A DNA stretch of 64,000 nt, taken from positions 15,793,677 through 15,857,676 of the forward strand of contig NC_057751.1 of the NCBI RefSeq assembly GCF_004010195.1, written 5' to 3'. This stretch comes from Chiloscyllium plagiosum. Taxonomy: Eukaryota. How positions within the stretch are numbered: position 1 is the first letter of the stretch; each line of letters begins with the position of its first letter. Below are positions 50,071 through 62,317 of the stretch, piece after piece. The notes beneath the pieces were generated by a model. It did no database searches, was not told the origin of the DNA, and worked only from the letters and a program-made list of their open reading frames with translations. A program made the position numbers and the translations under genes.

Positions 50071-51385
50071 CTGATAAAGAAACATCGCAGAGAAGGAGGA
50101 GGCAGCCAGTCAGCCCCTTGTGCTCGCCAATCCCACTCCCCTGCTCTGTACCCACACAATAATGTCATTTATTTTCCTCTCTTAATTTTGCCTCATGAAA
50201 CGGATTCATTTTGCGGAGATTTGAATGAGTCTGTTTCCCCCCACTGCCCTTTCAACCAGTGCGTGACAACTCGCTGCGAGAAATATTTCCTTACATTCTC
50301 TCCTCAACTCCATCTCCTCTGGTCTCTGGTGACCAACTCTCCCGCCAGTGGGAAATGTTTCTTCCACATCCATGCATTTTCGATCAGAGATCCCTAGTTT
50401 TGAAATACTCCGCTCCCCCCCACCCCCACCCACCTCCCCCCAACTCCCCGCCCCCACCCCGACCCCAACCGGGTCTAGATACACCCATGCGGAATAATGT
50501 GCTCTCAGCATGCAGCCTGTCACCCTCCCTCAGAATCTGACAGGTTTCAATCAGATCGCCTCTTGTATTTTAAACCCCAATGGGTACAGGCCTAACCCTA
50601 CCAGGTAGGATCACTCCCTGTGTTCCAGGAATCAGCCAAGTGAACCTTCTCTGGACTTCTTTCTGTGCAACAATATTCCTTCTTCAGTAAAGAGAACCGA
50701 ACTGTACACAGTTCTCCGGATGTGGTCTCACTACTCCCTGTACAGCTGTAGCAACCTGCTATCAAACTCCAGAATGGGCCAAACTGGATTGTCTGATTGA
50801 CAGGGTGAATATTCGCCAAGAAAACTGCAAAGAGTAATTTGCTCTTTGTTCAACAGTGTAATGGCATGCTGACGAACTAGGTGTTCATAGATCATATAAC
50901 CCATACAGTATGGAAGCAGACCGTTCTGCCTACCGAGTTCACACTGATCCCACCCCTGTAATTCCCATTGCCAATCGACCTAACCTGCAACTTCTTTGGG
51001 CTGTGGGAGGAAACTAGAGCAACCGGAGGAAACCCACAGTGGAGAATGCGCAAACTCCATGCAGACAGTCGCCCAAAGGTGAAATCGAACCCAGGACCCT
51101 GGCGCTGTGAGGCAGCAGTGCTAACCACTGATCCACCATTTAACACCCTCGATACAAGGCTCTTGTGTGCAGCTAAATAATCCAAGTCTTACCTTTCCAT
51201 CTCATCTTTTTCTCTCCCAACTGACTAAACAAGGGAAGTGCAGCAACTGCATTGCTCCCATCTTGAGTCAGGTCCGATATAACCTGCACAGTGCCTTAGG
51301 TCATTGGGCCTAGGCCTGACATATGCCCTGAACCTTGTGCCCCCCCCATCCCCATGTCTGACCACCATCCTACTACCGCGTTTAC

Positions 51386-51540
51386 CTGGAAGTCCTGTGG
51401 TTTATCAGAAACTTTCTGCGCGAACTTGGCAGTTCCCCTAACGGAGGCATTTTCTGGCGATGGTGATTGAGACCTCAGTGGGATCTCCTGTAATCTGGGA
51501 ACATTAATGGTGTCATCCTGTTCTGGATGGCCTGGCTTCC
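51386..51540 (-). CDS. Ferlin exon 6 equivalent (C2A-C2B linker)
   Basis: 155 nt, AG/GT; KPGHPEQDDTINVPRLQEIPLRSQSPSPENASVRGTAKFAQKVSDKPQDFQ, ending in the conserved KPQDFQ. Confidence 0.9.
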
Positions 51541-53570
51541 CTGAGAGGGAAACAGATCAAATCGCGTCGACACAGTGTACTGTACATACAAATACATGCA
51601 AAACAGGCGCAAACACACACACCCGCCCAAGGAAAGGTGAATCACACACACAAGAAACCATGTTAAATGGAGATGGGGAAGCAGGAGAGGGAGGGGATAT
51701 AGTCACAGCCACACGGTCTCCACAGGATTGATGCCCGGGAAGGACACACATTTAAGAGCAACAGAGGCTTTCTTCTCTCCAGCTTTGCCTGTCAGCTCAC
51801 CCAGTCAGAAGGCAGTTAAAATACTGTAAAAGGGCAGACTAAACATCGACTGGGTGAGCATCTTGCAGAACATTTCCAATTCAGTCGGAAGGCAGTACTC
51901 CAGTGGCCTGTCACTTCAATTCTCACCCTTGTTCTCCACACTGACATCTCTGTCCTTGGCTCTCTGCAGTGTCCCAGTGAAGCTCAGCATTTGCTTGAGG
52001 AGCAGCGCCTCATTATTCAATGAGGCACCTCCGCCACCCAACCCCACTCACTCCAACCCTAGCTTTGCGCAAAGCCTATTACGTTGCTGTTTGTGCAGAC
52101 CTGAAGTATTAATTCTGCTCCTCTCTCTGTCCCTGTCTCCCAAAACCGATGCTCCCTGACCCACCAAGTCTTACCACAATTTCCAGTTTCTATTCAGTTT
52201 AAGGGCTCGCCTGTGTTTAGATTAGATTCCCTACAGTGTGGAAACAGGCCCTTTGGCCCAACAAGTCCACACCGACCCTCCGAAGAGCAACCCACCCAGA
52301 CCCATTCCCTATATTGAACCCTGACTAATGCACCTAACACTTTGGGCAATTTAGCATGGCCAAATCACCTGACCTGCACACCTTTGGATTGTGGGAGGAA
52401 ACCGGAGCACCCGGAGGAAGCCCACGCAGACACAGTCAAGGAATAGAACGCTTTTGCATTCAAGACAACCTGCAACGAGGGATACCTGGGGAGGTACAGC
52501 ATGGTCAGATGGAGAGGAAAGATCCCTTGAAGTCTTGTGGCACAGTGGATAGTGACTCCCTGAACGAGGCAAAAGTTAACAGCTTGAGTGCTACCCAGGT
52601 CACGGAAGGCAAGGCAAGCGTGCTCATAACACAAACAAAACATGCAGCAATCTACAAATGCTTCCAACGCATGCTGGTGGCAAGGGATAGGAGCGGGACA
52701 CACACACACACACACAATGAGGCCATTCAGCCCCTTGCACCCATACTGGCACTCAGTAAGATCACAGATTATCTGCATCCACCTTGCCTCAACAGCCCTT
52801 ACTACCCTCAACTGATCGTGGATGTCAAGTTATTCACTGAGATAGCATCCCCTTGTTTTTCACGGGAGGGAGCTTGGCACTTTGGCCATCCCTTTCTCTT
52901 CTGAACGGCCTGGCACTGATTTCAAGGTTGCGTTCCCTGGGTCCTCGACACCTCCCACCAGTGGGGAAAGTTTGTGAACCCGATCAATCCCTTCTGCAGT
53001 CCTGGCAGAGTCTCTGGTGAACATTTCTGGTGAACATAAGGCTCTCTCTGCTCTCCATTCGAGCCAGGGTTGTGTATTGCTGTAACCGTAAGAAACAGGA
53101 ACAATTTCAATATGAAAATGACATTCCAGATCCGCTTTCCCGTAATCCTAGATTCCCTAGCAAAGCTCCCTCTCTCCTGTAACCTGGAATTATGAGTATT
53201 TTTTTCCATTGTGTTTTCTTGATTTGCTTTAGTGTGTGGCTTTGAGCTTTGCATTGATCTGTGTACATGGAGACAGATAGGGCATTCCTTTGGCATCTGA
53301 TGACTCAGCCTCTCTGTGGGCCTGTAAAACCACTTTGTTCACCTCCATTTGCAACACTTGGATCTGTCCCCTTTGTGGTCCCACCTCACACTTACCGGCT
53401 GTGAAATCCATTCGCTGCAGCTTCCAGTCACTGGATCCAGTCTCATTTACCTCCACAACGTTAGGTAGCTCTCACTACCATATTGCCGAGCTGACTGTGA
53501 CAGTCCCGTGTTTGCGACTGCTCAACACAAGACCCACGCAGAAAGACAATTCGCACAGCGGCCCACTTAC

Positions 53571-53634
53571 CTTCTTTCGTTTCTTTTTTATTGACGAGGG
53601 GTGGTTCATAGACGATTTCAAAGCTGAGCAGGTT
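53571..53634 (-). CDS. Ferlin exon 5 equivalent (end of C2A)
   Basis: 64 nt, ttgcag|...|gtaagt; NLLSFEIVYEPPLVNKKETKE(G); phase 0 to 1 fits both neighbours. Confidence 0.85.
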
Positions 53635-54265
53635 CTGCAAACGAAACACATAAATCCCTAAACAAAGCTGTCTTCCCGTTGTAACACCGCCGTCCTCCCC
53701 AAAACAAACAGCTTGACCAACTCAGGCACCCTGAATCATCCCTCTTCGTGCCCATGGCCTGCGCAAAATTGGTGTTTCACAGGAGCATAGGAGATCGGAG
53801 CAGGAGTGAGGCCTTAAGAGTTAGGAGCACAGATCTCGATTAAACAAGGACGTTTTCTTGTTAAAAAGAGCACCTGCAAGGGGAAGAGGGTGGCAGACTG
53901 GCAGTGAGGTCGAGGGACGGAACTCAAGATGTTAGGGACCAGGCAGCTGCAGGCATGGCCACCGATGGTGGGTGACGAAGTTCAAAGGCTGGAAACTGGG
54001 GGAGCTCAGAGATCTCAGAAGGTGGCAACAAGTTACAGAAACAGGGCAAGACAAGAGCATGCAGGGATTTCAATTTTAAATCCGCATTTTCTGGATCGCA
54101 AGCCAATAAAAGCCTGAAGACATAGGGCAATAAGCAAATGGGACTCAGTCCCAATTCGGATCCAAGCTGCCAATTTTTGGCAGAGCGCAGATTTGCAATG
54201 GGCATAATCTAGGAATACAGGCAGGAGCGAGATCAGTCAGCTCTGCGTCTCCATAGAAACATCAC

Positions 54266-54374
54266 CTTCGTTTTTTGCTTCTTCTTATCCAGCAGAGGGA
54301 CTTTGACAAAAGATATATTTCTGCTCCTCTCCCCAACTAGATTGGCGAGCCGGACATTGACGGATCCTAGGAAC
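54266..54374 (-). CDS. Ferlin exon 4 equivalent (C2A)
   Basis: 109 nt, AG/GT; FLGSVNVRLANLVGERSRNISFVKVPLLDKKKQKTK. Confidence 0.9.
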
Positions 54375-55153
54375 CTATAGAGGACGAGTGAGATCAAATC
54401 CAGTTACAACAGACTATCACTAAATGCAGTGGTATCACACATCCACTTAGCAAACTTCATCATTGGCAACTTAAAACAGAAACCAAGTTTACATTCAAGG
54501 GTGGGGGAGGCAAAGGGTTACAGGTTCATAAATCATAAAGCACAGGAGACTGTTCAGTCCACTGGAAGATGGTCTTGGGTTTGGAAAATGCTGAATCTTA
54601 TAGACAGCACAACAAGCAGTGAACACAATGTGCTGCTGAACGCCAAATTCCAACATACACCCTCCTGCTCCTTGGGAATCAGTTCAGAGGAGGTTTACTG
54701 GATTCATCCCTGGAATTAGCAGGTTGACTTGTGAGGAAGGTTAGACAGGCTGGACTTGCTTTCAGCACAGTTCAGAGCTGAGTTCCAGAGGTGAGGTTAG
54801 AGTGACTGCCCTTGACATGAAGGCCACATTTGACCGAGTGTTGTATCAAGGAGCCCTGGCAAAACTGGAATCAATGGGCATCGGGGGGCAAACTCTCCAC
54901 TGGTTGGAGTCATACTTGACATATAAGAAGGTGATTGTGGTAGTTGGAGGTCAGTCATCTTAGCTCAAGGACATCTCTGCAGGAGTTCCTCAGGGTAGTG
55001 CCCTAGGCTCAACCACCTTCAGCTGCTTTAGCAATGACCTTCCCTCTGTCGTAAGGTCCGAAGTGGGGATGTTCGCCAATGATTGCACAAGTTTCAGCAT
55101 TATTTGCAGATCCTGAAGCAGTCCGTTGTTCAAACGCAACAAGACCGGGACCG

Positions 55154-55483
55154 TGGGCGGCACGGTGGCACAGTGGTTAGCACTGCTGCCTCACAGCGCC
55201 AGAGACCCGGGTTCAATTCCCGCCTCAGGCGACTGACTGTGTGGAGTTTGCACGTTCTTCCCGTGTCTGCGTGGGTTTCCTCCGGGTGCTCCGGTTTCCT
55301 CCCACAGTCCAAAGATGTGCAGGGTCAGGTGAATTGGCCATACTAAATTGCCCGTAGTGTTAGATAAGGGGTAAATGTAGGGGTATGGGTGGATTTCGCT
55401 TCGGCGGGTCGGTGTGGACTTGTTGGGCCGAAGGGCCTGTTTCCACACTGTAATCTAATCTAATCTAATCTAATCTAATCTAA
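55154..55483 (+). mobile_element. tRNA-derived SINE, young full-length copy
   Basis: Near-identical to 63282-63601; (TAATC)6 tail. Confidence 0.9.
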
Positions 55484-55508
55484 CATCCAGGTTTGGCCTG
55501 ATGAGTAG

Positions 55509-55701
55509 GAGAAAGTGAGAACGACAGATGCTGGAGATCAAAGTTGAGAAAGTGGTGCGAGAAAAGCACTGCGGGACATCCGAGGAGCAGGAGAATTGAT
55601 GTTTCATTCCCGGTGAAGGGCTTATGGCTGAAACATCGATTCTCCTGGCCCTCGGATGCTGCCTGACCTGCTGTTGTTTTCCAGCACCACACTCTCGATT
55701 C
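55509..55701. mobile_element. Penelope-derived fold-back element (family A), diverged, inserted in a LINE
   Basis: Inverted arms; 16-bp imperfect direct repeat at 55493-55508 and 55702-55717 (2 mismatches). Confidence 0.75.
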
Positions 55702-58155
55702 TTGGGCTGATAAGTAGCAAGCAACATTCCTGCCATACAAATGCTAGGCAATGACCATCTCCAATAAGAGACAATCTGATCACTGCCCCTTGACATTCAA
55801 TGTCACCATCACTGAATCGCCCACTATCCGTGGACTCGAAACCCCACCGGACTCACCATATTAACATAGTGCAATAAGAGCAGGTCAGAGACGAAGAATC
55901 TTGCAGCGAGTAACCCACATCCTGACTCCCCAAAGCCTGTCCACTATGTACACGGAGTGTGATAGAAAACTCCCCACATCTGGATGAGTGCAGCTCCAAC
56001 AACACTCAAGGAACTTGACACCATTCAGGGCAAAGCAGCCCGTCTGATTGTCCCCACATCCACAAACATCCACTCCCTCCAACCCCATCGACACTCAGTA
56101 GTAGCAGTGTGTCTTATCTACAAGATGCAATTTACCGAAGATCTTTAGGCAGCACCTTCCAAACCCATGACCACTTCCATCTAAGAAGGACAAGGGCTGC
56201 AGGTACATGGGAACACCACCTCCTGCAAGTTCCCCTCTGAGCCACTCCCCGCCTGCGACTTTCAAACATATTGGCCGTTCCTTCAGTGTCCAAGTTAGGG
56301 GTTGCAAATTTCAGGATAGAGATGAGGAGGTTTTGTTTTGTCTGTCAGAGGGTTGAGTATCGTTGGAACTCTCTGCCTCAGACAGCAGTGGAGGCAGGGT
56401 CACTGAATCTTGTTAAGGAGTGTGTGGATAGATTCTTGTTAGGCAAGGAAATGAAGGCTCTTTGGGAATAGAGAGGAAAGTGAAATTCGAGATGCAAACA
56501 GACCAGCCACAATCTTATTGGATGGTGGAGCAGATTCGAGGGGCCAAATGGCCTAATTCTGTTCACAATCCCAACAGCGTGAAAGCAGCTCATTCAACTC
56601 ATCGAATCCACATTGACCCTCTGAAGAGCATTCCTTCCAGCCTCAACCCCAACCCTATCCCTGTTATCCTGCAATTCCCCACGGCCAATCCACCTAACCT
56701 GCCCATCTTTGGACTGTGGGAGGAAACCCATACAGACACGGGAGAACGTGCAAACTCTACACAGACAGTTCCCCGAGGGTGGAATCGGACCTGCGTCTCT
56801 GGTGCTGTGTGGCAGCAGTGCTACTGACTTTGGTGTCTCCCTAACTACCAGAGCCACTCCTTATTTTGGAGACAGGGAGGAACGGCACCCATAGGCTGAC
56901 AGATGAAGAACTAGAGGGCACAGATTGAGGTCAAACGGCCGACAAACTGGAAGAGAAATGTTTTGACGTGGCGAGGGATTATGATCTGCAATGCACTGCC
57001 TGAACTTTCCCATCTAATCTTTCTTCCTCCTGTACAGACCTCAGAGGTCAGTGCATGGTATAAGTCTTCAATACTGGGTATCAAGACAATCAGCATGTGC
57101 GGTGCTTCCCAGCAGCTGTAATGGTGTCAGGGGAACGTTGCTCCCAGAGGGAGGTGGACACTGGCTCAAAGTTGGCTTTCCAAAGGGAACTGGATGGATT
57201 CTCAGAACACAAAGGAAGTGCAGGGCTGTGGGGAAAGCGGACTGAAGTGAATCGTTCCTTAAAGGGGACCTGATGAACCGAATGGCCTCACATTATATCT
57301 ATCCAAGGAGAATGGAGATGCTGCCCCAAGTCTTCAGAATGGCCTTGGTGAAGTGGGCTGGGAATCGTACAGCCGCAGAAACAAGCTATGGCTCACCATG
57401 GAAACGGCGAAGGTTCACTAGATTGGTCCCTGAGAGAGGGGGCTGTCTTAGGATGAGAGACTGTGAAAGCTGTGTCTTCCCCAGAGTTGAGAAAAATGAG
57501 AGATGATTCCAATGAGACACGCAGATTTTGAAGGGGCTTGACAGAGTGGACACAGAGATTGTTGGCTGGGGGACCTTGAAGAGACAGAACGAGGGGCTGA
57601 TCGTTTCAGATCGAGGTGAGGAGAAATGCCTTCACACATGGGAGTTGTGAACCTTGGGAATTCTCAGCTCCGGGATGCAAGGCTTTTCAGGAAGGTTCTC
57701 CTGGGGAATCCGGGGTATTTGGGGAGCAGACGGAAACGTGGAGTTGGAGTCGGAAACCAGCCACGATGGAGGGAGATGGCAGAGCAGGCTCAAGGGGCCA
57801 AATGACCTCCTTCTGCTGCTGCTGCTGTGTTGTACAGTAACTGGTCTGTGCCAACGCTCCACACAAGCCTTCTCTCTCTCCACTTCATCTCACCTTAGCA
57901 GTGCATCCTTCTGATTCTCACACTTGCACCCTCTCTCTCTCTCCTCACACAAACTCTGCAAGTGACCCACTGTTCAAAACATGGAGATGAGAGTCTGGTA
58001 AACAACTGCGACTGTGCTTGGAAGCAGCTGCCAGCAGTGATTTTCCTCCGGGTGTTAAATTTTTATTTTAAATAATTTACTGACGGTTTTCGTCCTGAAT
58101 CCCCCCCCATTGACGTGGGGCGACTGTTCCTTCACAAAGCACAGAATAAGGTTAC

Positions 58156-58247
58156 CTGCCCTTTCCAACTTTGTCTTTGCCTTTCAGGTGAATCTGAAGA
58201 GAGGATTTGGCATCAAGAGGATTTCCTTTCAACTTGAACTCCAGCAC
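58156..58247 (-). CDS. Ferlin exon 3 equivalent (C2A)
   Basis: 92 nt, AG/GT; VLEFKLKGNPLDAKSSLQIHLKGKDKVGKG(R). Confidence 0.9.
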
Positions 58248-58307
58248 CTAAAAGATTGAGATGGGAACCATGACGATCACAAACATCCAACATGGGCAGC
58301 AGCTGTC

Positions 58308-59568
58308 CATAGAGTCATAGAGATGTACAGCTCGGAAACAGACTCTTCGGTCCAACCCGTCCATGCCGACCCAGATATCCCAACCCAATCTAGTCCCACC
58401 TGCCAGCACCCGGCCCATATCCCTCCAAACCCTTCCTATTCATTTACCCATCCAGATGCCTCTTAAATGTTGCAATTGTACCAGCCTCCACCATTTCCTC
58501 TGGCAGCTCATTCCATACACGTACCACCCTCTGTGTGAAAATGTTGCCCCTCCCTTTCGTATCTTTCCCCTCTCACCCTAAACCTATGCCCTCTAGTTCT
58601 GGACTCCCCCACCCCAGGGAAAAGACTTTGCCTATCCATTCCCCTCATAATTTTGTAAACCTCTATAAGGTCACCCCTCAGCCTCCGACGCACCAGGGAA
58701 AACAGCCCCAGCCTGTTCAGCCCCTCCCTATAGCTCAAATCCTCCAACCCTGGCAACTTCCTTGTAAATCGTTTCTGAACTCTTTCAAGTGTCACAACAC
58801 CCTTCCGATAGGAAGGAGACCAAAATTGCACGCAATATTCCAACAGTGGCCTAACCAATGTCCTGTACAGCTGCAACATGACCTCACAACTCCTGTACTC
58901 AATACTCTGACCAATAAAGGAAAGCATACCAAACGCCTTCTTCACTATCCTATCTACCTGCAACTCCACTTTCAAGGAGCTATGAACCTGCACTCCAAGG
59001 TCTCTTTGTTCAGCAACACTCCCTAGGACCTTACCATTAAGCATATCCGTACTGCTAAGATTTGCTTTCCCAAAATGCAGACCTCACATTTATCTGAATT
59101 AAACTCCATCTGCCACTTCTCAGCCCATTGGCCCATCTGGTCCCGATCCTGTTGTCATCTGAGGTAACACTCTTCGCTGTCCACTACACCTCCAATTTTG
59201 ATGTCATCTGCAAACTTACCTCTTATTCTCACATCCAAATCATTTATGTAAATGACAAAAAGTAGAGGACCCAGCACCGATCCTTGTGGCACTCCACTGG
59301 TCACAGGCCTCCAGTCTGAAAAACAACCCTCCACCATCACCCTCTGTCTTCTACCTTTGAGCCAGTTCTGTATCCAAATGGCTAGTTCTCCCTGTGTTCC
59401 TTGAGATCTAACCTTGCTAATTAGTCTCCCATGGGGAACCTTGTCGAATGCCTTACTGAAGTCCATATAGATCACATCTACCGCTCTGCCCTCATCAATC
59501 TTCTTTGTTACTTCTTCAAAAAACTCAATCACGTTTGTGAGACATGATTTCCCACGCTCAAAGCCATG
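58308..59568 (-). mobile_element. CR1 LINE 3' 1.25 kb (RT region, low divergence)
   Basis: ORFs 59155-59595 and 58508-59044: SCLTNVIEFFEEVT, YMDFSKAFDKVPH, GVPQGSVLGPLLF, KFADD, LVRPLLEYCVQFWSP; CR1 tail ...CTCTATGACTCTATG. Confidence 0.95.
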
Positions 59569-60234
59569 AAAGCCATGCCCCCACCTCCGCTGCATTCCCT
59601 CTGCCCATTACAATATATTTCATTACTCGGACCACAGCGAGAATTTTGCAAGCACGCTTATCCAAGGGAAGGTAGACTGACATTACAGGCAGTCCAGAGA
59701 AGGTTCATTAGGCAAACCTGGGAATGGAGGAGAGGTTGAGCAGGTTGGACTTGTACTCGTTGGAGTTTAGAGGAACAAGGCAACCCTATCGAAATATTTA
59801 AAATTCTTAGGGGACTTGACAAGATAGATACGGAGAAGTTGTTTCTCACTGTGGGAGGCAACGACCAGGAGGGTAATCTCAGAGTAAGGTTTGCCCATTT
59901 AAAACAGAGAATTCTTTACCTCAGAGGACTGGGGGATTAAGCATATTCAAAGGTGAGATGGCCAGATCTTTATGCAGAAAGGGAATCGAGGGTAAAGGAC
60001 TGTAAAATGGAGGGAAGGATTATCAGCCATGACGTCATTGAATAGTGGAGCAGACTCGGTTGGCCAACATCTGCTCCGACCTCTTCTGGTCTACAGAGCT
60101 CACGTGGCTCTCACATGCCTCGCGCATATCTCCCCATGTACTAACATATCTCCCCCTGTGCATCTCAGTCAGTTTTCCTTCACCCTCTCGTCCTGCCCTC
60201 CTCTGCCTGTTCTATCTCCCTCCCTGTCACCTCC

Positions 60235-61146
60235 CTACCACCATTACGCGCGGGGACACCTCCCACCTTGTACATGGCAGGTACTCATGTGACTCAGCCA
60301 ATGTTATCTATCTTATACGTTGCAGGCAAGGATGCCCGGAGGCATGGTACACTGGGGAAACCGAGCAAAGGTTACGACAATGGATGAATAGGCACCGCAC
60401 AACAATCAACAGACAGGAGGGTTCCCTCCCAGTTGGGGAACACTTCAGTGGTCCAGGACATTCAGCCTCGGACCTTCGGGTGACCATCCTCCAAGGTGGG
60501 CTTCGGGACAGGCAGCAGAGGCAAGTGGCCGAGCAGAGGCTGATAGCTAAGTTCGGTCCCGTAGGGAGGGCCTCAACCGGGACCTTGGGTTCATGTCACA
60601 TTACAGGTGATCACCATTGCACTATATACACACACAGATATTCCTACACACACACACACTCTCACATACACACGGACACAGATACACACAGACGCGCACA
60701 CAGACACCCACACACACCCTTATAGACACACAGACTCCCACACACGCACCCCCTCACAGACTTAAGACACTCTGCACTCACTACNNNNNNNNNNNNNNNN
60801 NNNNNNNNNNNNNNNNNNNNNNNNNNNNNNNNNNNNNNNNNNNNNNNNNNNNNNNNNNNNNNNNNNNNNNNNNNNNNNNNNNNNNNNNNNNNNNNNNNNN
60901 NNNNNNNNNNNNNNNNNNNNNNNNNNNNNNNNNNNNNNNNNNNNNNNNNNNNNNNNNNNNNNNNNNNNNNNNNNNNNNNNNNNNNNNNNNNNNNNNNNNN
61001 NNNNNNNNNNNNNNNNNNNNNNNNNNNNNNNNNNNNNNNNNNNNNNNAAAGCTAGTGTGCTTCCAATTAAACCTGTTGGACTATAACCTGGTGTTGTGTG
61101 ATTTTTAACTTTGTACACCCCAGTCCAACACCGGCATCTCCAAATC
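60235..61146 (+). mobile_element. Penelope-like element 3' part (GIY-YIG endonuclease, CA-rich tract, gap, family-B tail)
   Basis: YSCDSANVIYLIRCRQGCPEAWYTGETEQRLRQWMNRHRTTI...PVGEHFSGPGHSASDLRVTILQGG...AEQRLIAKFG; tail AAAGCTAGTGTGCTTCCAATTAAACC after the 263-N gap. Confidence 0.85.
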
Positions 61147-61320
61147 CTGTCACCAAGGTCACTCTTGCCCATCCTGAGCAAGGCTCCAACTGGGCCGTGT
61201 CAGGCTGATCACCTCTAAACTGCAACTCTAACTGGAGATTGTTGCTCCTGATGCATGAGCATTTTTCTGTGACTGTGTGTAAGGTGCCTAGGTTGACCCA
61301 GGGAGTGCTTTTCCACTTGC

Positions 61321-61376
61321 CTCATTCCACTTTACGTTCTTCTCCTCATCTGATAGGCTTGTTCTCTTCTTTTTCC
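61321..61376 (-). CDS. Ferlin exon 2 equivalent (C2A), GC donor
   Basis: 56 nt; ttccag|GG AAA AAG...TGG AAT GAG|gcaagt; (G)KKKRTSLSDEEKNVKWNE, homologous to ferlin C2A KKRTK...NPVWNE. Confidence 0.85.
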
Positions 61377-62317
61377 CTGGAAAGGTGCAAGAAAAAGAAA
61401 ATCAGAGTCGGGTATTAGTAGATATGGCTCACCAACACTTCCTGCCCTTTCAGTTACCGCCCTTCCTCAGAAGGGGAAATGGCAGACAGGACATATTACG
61501 TGAACCAAACTGAGAGAAAGCAGAATGGGGCCTCATTTCTCAGAAGCCCAAGGGCAATGAGCAGAGGGATCTAAAGTACAGACACTAACGGCGATATTGC
61601 AGATTAATTAGAACACGAGAAAAATATACCAGAAACAGCAATTGCTGGAAAAGCTCAGGGGGTCTGGCAGCATCTGTGGAGGGAAAGGTGTCTGTTGCTG
61701 ATTACGCTCCTGCCTGTTTGATTGGCACCCATCCATTACCGCCACATGGCTCCGTTTGAAGCAACAAACTAACATCAGTCCAAACTACATCGGCCGTTCC
61801 TTCACTCTTGCTCTCTCCCTAACAGCAGCGTGGGTGTATGTAAACAGGATGGAGTCCAATGGTGCAAGGCACCTCACCACGACCTACTCAGGGTCAAATG
61901 GAGGAGGAGGGATCAGCTACAAATGCTGGCGTCACTAGCGATCCCGGAGTGGTTAAATTGTGAATGATCAGAAGCCACAAGGCACTCGAATTGTCGCTTC
62001 TTCCTCGAATGCCCGAGATGCCTTTATGCAGGAGGTGGTTAAGACTGAAGGAATGGGTTGCCAATAATATTGGTAATGCAGACACAAAATCGGATGTACA
62101 GGTATACCACAGTGGTATGGCAGCATTGCTATGACCAAGAGTTAGCACTACCACGACTTACAACGAGAGAGCGCTGTTCACGCACTGTTAGTTGCCAAAC
62201 AGAAGCAATATCAATTAAAAAAAACACCAAGTCACAGAAGTAAATGGTAAGGAGCCCCTTGAAGAAGAATGAACCACTGTGGCTCAGTGAATAGCACTCT
62301 CACAAGATCCTGTGTTC

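Larger units (their letters stand above)
54785..56292 (+). mobile_element. Second LINE family (CR1/L2 group RT), interrupted by a SINE and a fold-back element
   Basis: RVTALDMKATFDRV..QGALAKLESMGI..LHWLESYLT..AGVPQGS.LG..FSNDLP..GMFAND. Related 3' pieces lie at about 19080-19840 (+), 44980-46600 (+) and 37610-37960 (-). Confidence 0.8.
166..61376 (-). other. FER1L5: Type-I ferlin gene, partial (27 coding exons; myoferlin-like, FER1L5 the most likely paralogue; exons 14-23 appear on + because of an inverted block)
   Basis: Exon peptides follow the dysferlin/myoferlin order (C2A-C2B-FerI-C2C-FerA-DysF) with matching phases and no stops. The family call is firm. The symbol is tentative and rests on the FFQNFH motif, the ...LEGSL ending and strong divergence from MYOF/DYSF motifs as I remember them. 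Confidence 0.55.

Noticed and set aside
58508..59595. Host reverse-transcriptase gene
   Set aside because: 5'-truncated CR1 copy with deletions and frame breaks.
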